Assembly (NCBI GenBank): GCA_030265395.1
Contig: JARFYF010000051.1
Span: 29,766,835-29,830,834, forward strand
Length of the DNA: 64,000 nucleotides
Reading direction: 5' to 3'
Origin: Rhina ancylostomus
Lineage: Eukaryota
The position numbers were made by a program, and so were the translations under genes. The notes under the pieces were generated by a model, which saw only the letters and a program-made list of their open reading frames with translations, did not search any database and was not told where the DNA came from. Within the stretch, counting starts at the first letter, position 1. Every line of letters begins with the position of its first letter. Below are positions 24,301-36,300 of the stretch, piece after piece.

Positions 24301-27300
24301 AGTTAATTCGGATAACTGTCCATATTAACAGTTTAAATGTAGAAGCTGAATGAAGAATGTAAGAGATAGAAACAGGAGAAGGCCTCATAACCCCATTTGC
24401 CTATTTTACTATTCAATAAGATCACAACTGACAGATAACTCAGTGCTCGTTTTCTGCACTAATTCCATAGGCTTTAATTCACTTAATACCTAAAATTTAA
24501 TCTCCATCTTGAATGTATTCAGCAACTGTGCCTGCACAACCTTCCTCAGCAAAGAATTCCAAAGATTCATTACTCACTGGGTGAAGAAGTGTATTCTGTC
24601 TTAGTCCTGAATGTCCAATCACTAACACTGAAATTGCAACTGCTGTTTCTTGCTATCCCAGCCAGGGGAAACATCAAGCCTGAAACTGCTCTGTCAAGCT
24701 CTGCAAGAATTCTGTCTGTTTCAAAGAGATTAATTCTCATTCTTCTAAACTCCAAAGAGAATAGGCCCAGTTTTCTTAATCTCTCCACAAAGGACTCCTG
24801 CCATCCTGGAAATCAAACCAGTGAAACAAGAGTGCACAGCCTCACTTGCAAGTATTTCCTTGTTTGGGAAGGGAGACCAGACCTTTACACAATATTCCAA
24901 ATGTTGTCTTACCAAGAGACATATCGCTGTTGTAAAACAGAAAATCACAGAAACGTCTTTACTCTTGCAGTCAAATCCCTCAATAAAGGAGAACAAAGTG
25001 CTAGTTTTGCTCATTGATTGCTGAACCTGCATGTTAACTTTCAGTAATTTCTACTCAAGAACATCCAAGTCCCTTCACCTTTCAATCTCTCACCATTTAA
25101 AAATACTCAGCCTTTGTATTTTGTTACAACTTAGATGAGCTCACATTTTTATACATTACATAAATATCATCGCCAAAATTGGACAGCTGGACTGATCATT
25201 GATACGGATTGCAAACGACTGGGTCCCTAACATCAATTTCTCTGGCACGCTCCTCACCACAGTTTCAAAATCTGTAAGTGACCCATTTAATTCTACTGAC
25301 CTGTTTTCTATTTGTTATCCAGTCCACAGTCCATGTATGTACATTAACCCCAATCACATCAGTTCTAATTCTCTTGAATATACTCATATATTTGGCACTT
25401 TTCAGAGGCCTTTGAAAGGCTAACAACACCATATTCATTGGTTCTTTCTGATCAATCCTATTGATTATAACCTCAAAAAAATGCAGACTTCCCAAAGCAA
25501 TGAGAACCATAAGCCACCAACACAGTTCCTCCATATTTCCTAAGCTTTTTCATTATTTCCACCAAAATTTGGAATAATTGTTTTCAGCAAAACTTTACAA
25601 ATATATTTACAGCATGTATATCAATAAAGTATGCAAATGTGCTGGAAAAATAAAGTCATGCAGCTTTAGTTAGAAATGTCCACTCTCTGTCTTAAGGCTT
25701 GCCAATGTTGACTGAAAGGAGATTGACTCACCTGTTGTAGAACGGGTGGAGGACTCAGTTGTGAGAGTTCTCGATGTCGTCAGTGTTGTTTCTAGTAAAA
25801 GAGTAAAATAAATTTACACCTAATGAACGCAACTTGGAAGTGCAAAAGCTGAAGTCATTTTCTATATGAGTCAGCAGTTATAAAGGAGACATGCTTAAAC
25901 TCTTTAAATCTTCATTGTGCATGCCTGATCTGAGTTTATCTAGAAATTACAAGAGGTCTGCATTGTCATTCAAACTGACAATCTCTTGATCAAAGGCACA
26001 CCGTTCAGTTAGCATGTGATCCATGAGATGATGATCTTAATCAGTATATTTGTGTCCAAATCTGCAGTGATGTTTATTATATTAGTGCAAATGAGAAAAT
26101 GGACTTCAGGGAAGACAGTTATATCTCTTGCAAGGATGGAGATTCACAAGACTGAGGTGCAAAAGCGAAAGAACTGCACATGAAATTCAAAGTAATACAG
26201 CTTCAGTCAACAGAGCACAGAGGTGCTAAAGGACATGCTAACATTTTTGAAAGATAATGTCAGTCATCTGTTGTGGTACTGGTAGAGGTCTCGGTTGTTG
26301 ATGATGTTGCAGTTGTCCCTAATTAAAGAAAAGAATATTACAGTCAACCACGGGAACCAAGGTGAATGTATCCAAGAAAAAGAAAAGCACAAGGCACCAA
26401 ACATAATTCTTCGACATTTCCGAAGATTTTTGAAGACTCCAAAGTAACTTGGTATACTTCGTTGGAGACTAAATGTGACAGATTTACATATAAATATTAT
26501 TAACAGTCAGCATCTATGTTAATAAAGTGCAGGAGAAATGAAGTCATGCAGCTGTTCTGAGAAACATCCACTATTTGCCTGGAATTGTTCCAATGTCTAC
26601 CAAAAGGTATTTGACTCACCCGTTGAAGCAATGGTGGAGGACACACTTGTAGGAGTTGTTGATGTGGTTGGTGTTGTTTCTGGTGAAAGAGGAAGTACAT
26701 TCACATTCACTGAACCTGACAGTACGAGTGAGAACTCATAAAAGAGACTTGGCTCTTTAAATCTTGATGGTGTTTGCCTGATTTCAGTTTATCCAGAAAT
26801 TACTGAATGTCTTTGTTGTCATTCACAATAAAGATCTCTCGATCAAATTCACATGTTTTAGTAAGCATGTAATCCAAGAGGTGATGATGTTTATCAGAAT
26901 ATCTGAATCCAAGTCTGCAGTGATATTTATTCAAATCGTGTAAATGAGCAAAGGCACTTTAGGGAAGAAAATTATAACCTCCTGAAAAGATGGAGTTTCA
27001 CAAGATTCAGGTACAAAGCCAAAGCACTGCACATGACATTGAATCTTTCTTTTACGAATTGGTGTGCATCTTGGAACTTTCAGTATTCAACTTTCAATTC
27101 CGAGCTCTCTCAGAAATGGAGTCAGTGGCAAGAGGAGTAAAAGAAGAGACTTTTTTTTCTGAAAAGGCTGAGCTGCAGAAAATTGACATCCATGTCCAAT
27201 GAAAGCTGCCAAGTTCAATGCTCTTTTTGGAAATATTGAGGACAGTCAAAAAGACCAGTTCCCTTCTGAATTCAGAAGCTATTCCCATACTTTCATGGTA

Positions 27301-30300
27301 AGACATTGTAATTTTTCGAGCAAAGCTGTGAATAAATTTAGTGTTGAGCCTCGCAGATACGTGGGTCTATTTTACTGATGATAGAGCTGCAGTTAACTGA
27401 ACATGGAGGTGCTGAAGGACATGCTGACATTTTTGAAAGGTATTGTTACTCACCTGTTGTGGTAGCGGTAGTGGTCTCGGTTGTTGATGTTGTTTCTGTT
27501 ATTTCAAATAAAAGAAAAGAATGTTATANNNNNNNNNNNNNNNNNNNNNNNNNNNNNNNNNNNNNNNNNNNNNNNNNNNNNNNNNNNNNNNNNNNNNNNN
27601 NNNNNNNNNNNNNNNNNNNNNNNNNNNNTTGTTTCTGTTAGTTCAAATAAAAGAAAAGAAGGTTATACTCAACCACGGCAGGCAGATATTGCTTCTTGCC
27701 GCAGAATTTATCATAGACAGTGAGAAGCAAAAGACAGCAACTGAGTCCCTCCGCAATTACTTTGCTTTCTGAAGATTTCACAATACCTTGTTGAATTGTT
27801 TTGAGCCAAAATATAACAGATTTATGAATATATTTACAGCAGATGTGTTAATGAAGTAAAACTGCAAATAGAAGTGAGATACGTCAGAAGAGTCCACACA
27901 TTGTTTTAAGGTTTCCAAAATGACTCTCACTTACCTGTTGTGGAACTGGTGGTGGACTCAGTTGTGCCAGTTGTTGATGTTGTTGTTCCTGGAGAAAAAG
28001 TAAAAGTGTGTTACAACTGATACTGGAAGCTTAAATTGCAGGAGCATTCAGTCAGATTTGGTATGATTCAGATTGGCTTCCATTTTACAAATCTTCATCA
28101 CCCACAGCAAACCAGATTATGTTCAGACACTACTCAATTTGTGCTTCATCAATGAAATTAACAACATCTTGATCTAATGCACACAAATTAATCAGCATGT
28201 GATCCATGTGGTAATGAACATATTCAGATCATTTTATCCAAATCTGAATTGATTTTTGTAATATGTATAAAAGTGAGAAGCTAACTTTGCGATGGAAATG
28301 ATAAGCTCTTTCAGTGACAAAATTGGTAAGATCGAGATGCAGTACCTAAATCAATGTCCATTGAAATTCCTCATCCATTTCTGAACCAGTAGTTAGCTGG
28401 TAATATATGATATATGATAATCTAGCTACTATCAAATATCCTCAGGATGTCTCTGGAGAAGGGAGAGAACGGAGTTTTCCAAAAAGGCATTGGTACTAAA
28501 GACAAATGATATGTGCTAAGCTTGTTGCTCCTCCTGAAGATACTGAGGGGAGTCAAAAACACAAGGCCCCTCCTTAATTCATGAGCTATGAACATATTTT
28601 CAGAGTGAGATGTTGCAATTTCTTTCAGAAAAACTGTGATCGAATGTTCCTGAAGTTTGAATTAATGGAACTTCAGTTAACAGAGCACAGAGGTGCTGAA
28701 GGACATGGTAACAATTTTGAAAGATGTTCTGACTGACCTGATGTGGTACTGGGTGTGGTCACAGTGGCTGATGTCGTTGGTGTTGTTTCTAATGGAAGGA
28801 AGAAATGTAATAATCAACCACAGCAGCCAAGTTTTGCTTGTTCCAGCTGAATGTATCGAAGACAGTGAGAAGCACAAGACCCCATCCCAGGTCCTCCTCA
28901 TTTCCTAACCTTATTGAAGATTCTATGACAAGTTAGTTGAATAATTTTCAGCTAATATGTGACAGATATGCATGTACATTTCATGAATATACAGCAACTA
29001 TATTAATAAAGCACGTAAATATGCTGGAGAACTGAAATCATGCAACTGTTGTTAGAAATATCCACTCTTCACCTGAAGATGTTTCAATGTGTATTGAAAG
29101 GAATTTGACTGACCTGTTGTAGAAGTGGTGGTGGACACACTGGTGGGAGTTGGTGATGTGGATGGTGCTGTTTCTGGTGAAAGAATAAATGCATTTTCAC
29201 TCACTGAAAGCATCTTGCATTCCATGAACGCATCAATTTTAGTATGAATAAGCAATTATAAAGAAGATTGGGCTGATTTCTTCAAATCTTGATGGCGTTT
29301 TCCTGATCTGAGTACATCCAGAAATTACAGGACGTTTGGATGGTCATTCATATTGACAATCTCTCGATCAAATGCACAGCTTTCAGTAAGCATGTGATCC
29401 TTGAGATGATGATCTTGATCATAATCTCTATGTCCAGATCTGCAGTGATCTTTATTCTAATTGTGTAAGTGAGAAAAGGCTCTTTAGGGAAGAAAATTAC
29501 AACCTGCTGTAGAGATGGAGTATCACAGGATTGAGGCGCCAAAGCTAAAACACTGTGCATGAAATCGAATCTCTCTTTTAAGAATTGGTGTACTTTAAGT
29601 ATTCAACTTTCAATTCCTAGTTCTCTCAGAAAGGGAGACATTTTTTTCTGAAAAGGCTCTGCTGCAGAAAATTGACATCCATGACCAATGAGTGATGCCA
29701 AGATCAATGCTCCTGTTGAAAATACTGAGGACAGTCAGAACCACAAGTTCCCTCCTGAATTCAGAAGCTATTCCAAAACTTTTACAGTAGGACATTGTAA
29801 TTTTTCGAGCAAAGCTGTGAATAAATTTAGTGTTGAGTGTCCTGAATACTTGGGGCAAGGTTCCTTATAATAGAATAAATAGAGCTGCAGTTGACAGGCC
29901 ACAGAGGTGCTGAAGGATATGCTGACATTTCCGAAAGATATTGTTACTCACCTGTTGTGGTAGTGGTAGTAGTCTCAGTTGTTGATGTTGTTCCTGTTAT
30001 TTCAAATAAAAGAATAGAATATTATTCTCAACCACAGCAGGCAGATTTTGCTTCTTGCAGCAGAATGTATCCAAGTCAGTGACAGCACAAGACCCCATCT
30101 TAATTCCATCACATTTCCTCAGCTTTTTGAAGATTACTCAGCTACTCCCCATATTTTCACAGTGAGAATTTGTAATTCCTTTCAGTGAAACTATGACTGA
30201 ATGTTCCCGAAAGTATGGTTAATGGAACTTCAGTTAAGAGCACAGAGCTGCTGAAGGACATTATAACGATTTTGAAAGATGTTCATACTGACCTGATGTG

Positions 30301-33300
30301 GTACTGGTGATAGGCACAGTTGCTGATGTCGTTGGTGTTGTTTCGAATGGAAAAAAAAGATCGTTATAATCAACCACAGCAGCCAAGTTTTGCTTGTTTC
30401 AGTGGAATGTATGGAAGACAGTGATAAACACAAGCCATCAACATTGTTCCTCCACATTTTGAGGATTCCACAATAAGTTGGTCTAATGGTTGGGAGCCAA
30501 TTTGTGATCGATACATTTCATGAACATACTGCAGATATGATAATAAAGCACGCAAATGTGCTTTAGAACTTCAGTCATGCAGCTCTTGTTTGAAATGTGC
30601 ACTCTTTTCCGTAAGGTGTTCCAATGTGTATTGAAAGGAATTTGACTGACCTGTTGTAGAATTTGTGGTGGACACACTTGTGGGAGTTGGTGATGTGGAT
30701 GGTGGTGTTTCTGGTGAAAGAATAAATGCAATTTCACTCACTGAACGCAACTTGCGTTGCATGAGTGCGTCAATTTCAGTACGGGTGGGCAATTATACAG
30801 GAGACTGCGCTGAATTCTTCAAATCTTGATGGTGCTTGTCTGATTTGAGTACATCCAGAAATTACAGGATGTCTGGGTGGTCAATCATACTGACAATCTC
30901 TCAATCAAATGCATACCTTTTAGTAAGCATGTGATCCTTGTGATGATGATCTTGATCATAATATTTATGTGCAAATATGCAGTGATATATGTTCTAATCA
31001 TTGAAATGAGAAAAGGCACTTTAGGGAAGAAAATTATACCCTCCTGAAAAGAAGGAGTATCACAAGATTGAAGTGCCAAAGCTCAAGCACTGTACATCAT
31101 ATTCAATCTCTCTCTTACACTTTGACATGCACACTGGAACGTTCAGTATACGTTCAGAAGACAATAATATAGCCTCTTCCTAGCTCACTCAGAAATGGAG
31201 TCAGTGGTAAGAGGAGGAAGAGAAAGAACATTTTTCTGAAAAGACTCTGCCATAGAAAGTCGACATCCATGTCTACTGAAAGANNNNNNNNNNNNNNNNN
31301 NNNNNNNNNNNNNNNNNNNNNNNNNNNNNNNNNNNNNNNNNNNNNNNNNNNNNNNNNNNNNNNNNNNNNNNNNNNNNNNNNNNCTGATGTGGTACTGGTT
31401 GTGGTCGCAGTGGCTGATGTCGTTGGTGTTGTTTCTAATGAGAGAAAGGAATGTTATAATCATCACAGCAGCCAAGTGTTTTTTGTTGCAGCTGAATGTA
31501 TCTAAGACAGTGAGAAGCACAAGACCCCATCCCAAGTCCTCCATATTTCCTAAGCTTCTTGAAGATTCCATGGTAAGTTAGTTGAATAATCTTGATCTGA
31601 CCTGTTACAGATATGCTTGTACATTTCATGAACATACAGGGACTATATTAATGAAGTATGCAAATATGCTGGAGAAGTGAAATCCTGCAACTGTTGTTAG
31701 AAATATTCCCTCTTTTGCTGAATGAATTGAAAGGTATGTCTTGAAAGGAATTTGACTCACCTGTTGTAGTACTGGTGGTGGACACACTTGTGGGAGTTGT
31801 TAATGTGGATGGTGTTGTTTCTGGTGAAAGAATAAATGCATTTTCACTCACTGAACGCAACTTGGATTGCATGAGCGCATCAATTTCAGTTGGAGTTTGC
31901 AAGTATAAAGAAGATTGGGCAGCAATCTTGAAATCTTGAAGGTGCTTGCCTGATTGAACTACATCCAGAATTTACAGAACATTTGGGTGGTCACTCATAC
32001 TGACAATGTCTCGATCAAATGCACAGCTTTTAGTAAGCATGTGATCCTTGATATGATCTTTATCATAATATCTATGTCAATATCTGCAGTGACACTTACT
32101 CTAATTGTGTCAATGGGAAAATGCACGTTATTTAAGATAGTTATCACCTGCTGAAAAGATGCAGTCTCACTAGATTGAGGTGCCAAAGCTAAAGTACACA
32201 AAATCAAAATTGATTTCTGTTTTGCCAAGGATAGTGACAACATCTTGTTCTAATGCACACTATTTAGTAATCTTGTGATGCATGAGTTTAGGATTATATC
32301 TAATTTCTGAATTGATTTGTGGAACATGGACTGAAGTATGAAACAGAGAAGCTGGCTTTGAGAGGAATTACGATAAGCTCCTTCACTGAAAGAGTTTGAC
32401 AGTATCGAGGTGCAGGAGGTAGAACAACAAATCCAGAATCCGATCATTGATTGACTAAGCAATAGTTGGCAGGCAGTGGACTACATTCTGTTGTCAAGTA
32501 TCCTCAGGGTGTGTCTGTATGAGGGAGAGCAAGGGATTTTCTGAAATTGGTTTGGTGTATTGGTGCAGCAAATACATATCAATGTCCATTGATATGTGCT
32601 AAGCTCGTTGCTGCTCTTGAAAATACTGATGGATGTCAGTAGCACAAGGCCCCTGCTTCATTACTCAGTTTTTCCCCATATGTTCAAAGTGAGAATTTGT
32701 AATTTCTTTCCACAAAATTATGACCGAATGTTCCTGAAGGTAAGGTTAATGGAACTTGAATTAACGGAGCTCGGAGGTGCTGAAGGACATGGTAACGATT
32801 TTGAAAGTTTTTCTCACTGACCTGATGTGGTACTGGTTGTGGTCGCAGTGGCTGATGTCGTTGGTGTTGTTTCTAATGAGAGAAAGGAATGTNNNNNNNN
32901 NNNNNNNNNNNNNNNNNNNNNNNNNNNNNNNNNNNNNNNNNNNNNNNNNNNNNNNNNNNNNNNNNNNNNNNNNNNNNNNNNNNNNNNNNNNNNNNNNNNN
33001 NNNNNNNNNNNNNNNNNNNNNNNNNNNNNNNNNNNNNNNNNNNNNNNNNNNNNNNNNNNNNNNNNNNNNNNNNNNNNNNNNNNNNNNNNNNNNNNNNNNN
33101 NNNNNNNNNNNNNNNNNNNNNNNNNNNNNNNNNNNNNNNNNNNNNNNNNNNNNNNNNNNNNNNNNNNNNNNNNNNNNNNNNNNNNNNNNNNNNNNNNNNN
33201 NNNNNNNNNNNNNNNNNNNNNNNNNNNNNNNNNNNNNNNNNNNNNNNNNNNNNNNNNNNNNNNNNNNNNNNNNNNNNNNNNNNNNNNNNNNNNNNNNNNN

Positions 33301-36300
33301 NNNNNNNNNNNNNNNNNNNNNNNNNNNNNNNNNNNNNNNNNNNNNNNNNNNNNNNNNNNNNNNNNNNNNNNNNNNNNNNNNNNNNNNNNNNNNNNNNNNN
33401 NNNNNNNNNNNNNNNNNNNNNNNNNNNNNNNNNNNNNNNNNNNNNNNNNNNNNNNNNNNNNNNNNNNNNNNNNNNNNNNNNNNNNNNNNNNNNNNNNNNN
33501 NNNNNNNNNNNNNNNNNNNNNNNNNNNNNNNNNNNNNNNNNNNNNNNNNNNNNNNNNNNNNNNNNNNNNNNNNNNNNNNNNNNNNNNNNNNNNNNNNNNN
33601 NNNNNNNNNNNNNNNNNNNNNNNNNNNNNNNNNNNNNNNNNNNNNNNNNNNNNNNNNNNNNNNNNNNNNNNNNNNNNNNNNNNNNNNNNNNNNNNNNNNN
33701 NNNNNNNNNNNNNNNNNNNNNNNNNNNNNNNNNNNNNNNNNNNNNNNNNNNNNNNNNNNNNNNNNNNNNNNNNNNNNNNNNNNNNNNNNNNNNNNNNNNN
33801 NNNNNNNNNNNNNNNNNNNNNNNNNNNNNNNNNNNNNNNNNNNNNNNNNNNNNNNNNNNNNNNNNNNNNNTCATTGTTTTGAGCCAAAATGTCACTGATT
33901 CAGTTGTGTATTTTCAGCAGATGTATTGGTGAAGTAAATATGCTCGAAGAAGTGAGATGTGTTCAAAGAATCCACTCATGCATTATCTGATTGTATTCAG
34001 CTGTAATTTAAATATTGTATATTGATGGAAGTTACCATCAAATGCATGTGAATTGATTTGCAGAAAATTGTTATGCTCTCAGTATTCAGAGCATTTTCCT
34101 CCATTGAAACAGTGGCATTTACAAATGAACAATGTATGGTAATAATAAAACAAAGGAATTTGAGGCTTGAGAATTTCAGGAATTTGAAAGCAAAATGTGT
34201 ATCATCAGACTGAGTTGCAAGACAAAATCTGTTATCAATGCTTTTTTTGTCATTTGACAGCTGAATATTTCAGTCACATTCGACATCTATTGTGCCAGTT
34301 CATTTCAGAATCCCTGGAAATTTATCATTATCTTTCTTATGGTTCATGATCAGCTTTGTTGTGGTTTTGCATGTTTAACTGCTCTTACACATTCCTATTA
34401 ACTATGTCTGGCATGTTTCATGCAAAAGGAATTGAAAGGCTGATTTTATCTCTGTTCAAATTAAGCATGTTAGCTTTTCATTGGATGGAATGTTGTTACA
34501 AGCTCCCTTGAAATAATCTTGCTATTTTAATTGCAAACCCCCTTGGAAATGGGATTAATTGTCAGAGATGCAAGGGAATGAAGTTTCCTTGAGAAGGAGC
34601 TGACTCTGAAAAATCACATTAATGTCAACATTTTCAATGGACTCATCATTCTCAACCTTTGCAAAATAGTGATGGGTGTCACTCTGGCAGAAGGAGGACA
34701 ATAAGGACCATAAAACTGATGCTCTTTTGCCAGGTTTGTTGAAGATTTTTGCCATACTATTTCAAGCAAGGTTAGGGACAAATTCATTCACACCTGAGAC
34801 ATGTTTAAAAAAAAGGCAACACTCTTTATAAGGTAATGAAGAAACCCATGTTGAAAATCTTGCTCATGGTCACCGAGGGACATGATTACTCACCTGATGT
34901 GGAACTGGAAGTAGACTCTGTTGTAAGAGTTGTTGATGTTGTTTCTTCTGAAAGAGAAAAAGTGCATTCACAATCACTGCATAATCCTTGAAGTGTGACT
35001 GTGTGGTGTCGGCAATTCTGAGAGAAGTTAAAAGGGAGTGTGCAAGATTGCTTGGTCACATTCGAAGCCATCTAGAATCTGTTTATATCTGGAATAAACA
35101 GGACACCTGTGACAGTGGCTGGCTCACCATCTAATTCATGTAATTTGATAAGCTTAAAAATTTTACTTCTGATTCTTGCATCAATTATCCTCAAAGTATT
35201 TTATTTCCTTCTGTTCTTACAATCATTGCTTACACCATATAAATTACAATGATGTACTTTTCAGCAAAATTCCACTTGCAATGGCCATTATAATCTCAGT
35301 TCTAAATTACTCATGTTGTTTAAGCTTGATTCTGGTTTTCTCCCAGATTTGTGAACTTTCATTTTAGCAAGACTTAAAACAGAAAATGTCAAGTTTAATG
35401 TCTGCAGGAATTCAAAATCTGCCCTTATAAACAGAAAACTAAGTTTGACCCTGAAGGTGAACTTTTCAGAATGACTATTAATGCTTTGCACAATTTCATT
35501 AGGATCATTAATACTTTATTTTACTTCAGTTTTTGTCTTGTCAAAGACATGTTATTGGTTCAATCTGTATTTCAAAGTGACAGAAGTTGGGCAATGCCCA
35601 TTCATAGAATGAAAAGTTGTGAGGATGCTCTTCTATATACCTTTAGCCTAATCATCATAATTTAGCTGAGCTGGCAACGTGAGTCCCCAAGCCTGACCAG
35701 CAATTAGCCATTGCGATTAAGTTCATGCTCAAGTTTTTCCTTACTAATGTAGCAATACTGGGATGCCTTTGGTACCAGCAGTTGTTTTTCTGTGGTCCTG
35801 TAAGCCAGGAGGCATGTGGTGTGGCAGTAGAGCTGACACAAAGAGGAGATGTACCCTGATTGGCAAAGTCCCACTTTTTTTTTTGTGGCTCTGGAAGCAC
35901 ACATTAGCCTTCTTACACCAGTCTTTGTTATCTCCTTAAGACCCAGGAGAGCTTGTAAGCTAATTGCTATCCAATTTTACATCGGGATCCTTAAACATAT
36001 AGAAGAATAACCTGATTGTTGACCCCTTTTTTGTCCAGTAAAGAACCAGGCACACTGAATCCTGCTTCCTTCCTTTTGTCTTTCAATATTTATATTTGCA
36101 AAATCATAAACAGTAATTAAGTATAAATCATTAATTCATAATTGTTNNNNNNNNNNNNNNNNNNNNNNNNNNNNNNNNNNNNNNNNNNNNNNNNNNNNNN
36201 NNNNNNNNNNNNNNNNNNNNNNNNNNNNNNNNNNNNNNNNNNNNNNATTGTTGATGGTTACTGCAACTTTGGATACTGTCAGGTATGTTTCACTTTGAAC

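Larger units (their letters stand above)
25490..34990. repeat. Tandem exon+intron duplication array (roughly 1.1-1.3 kb two-exon modules) encoding the PTS domain
   Basis: Recurrent intron motifs (aggtgctgaaggacat, gtaagcatgtgatcc, tttagggaagaaaattata, gtgagaagcacaagacccc) flank each micro-exon. Confidence 0.9.

Noticed and set aside
25490-34990. CRISPR-like repeat/spacer interpretation of the array
   Set aside because: Eukaryotic context; units are kb-scale duplications with homologous 'spacers' and splice sites.
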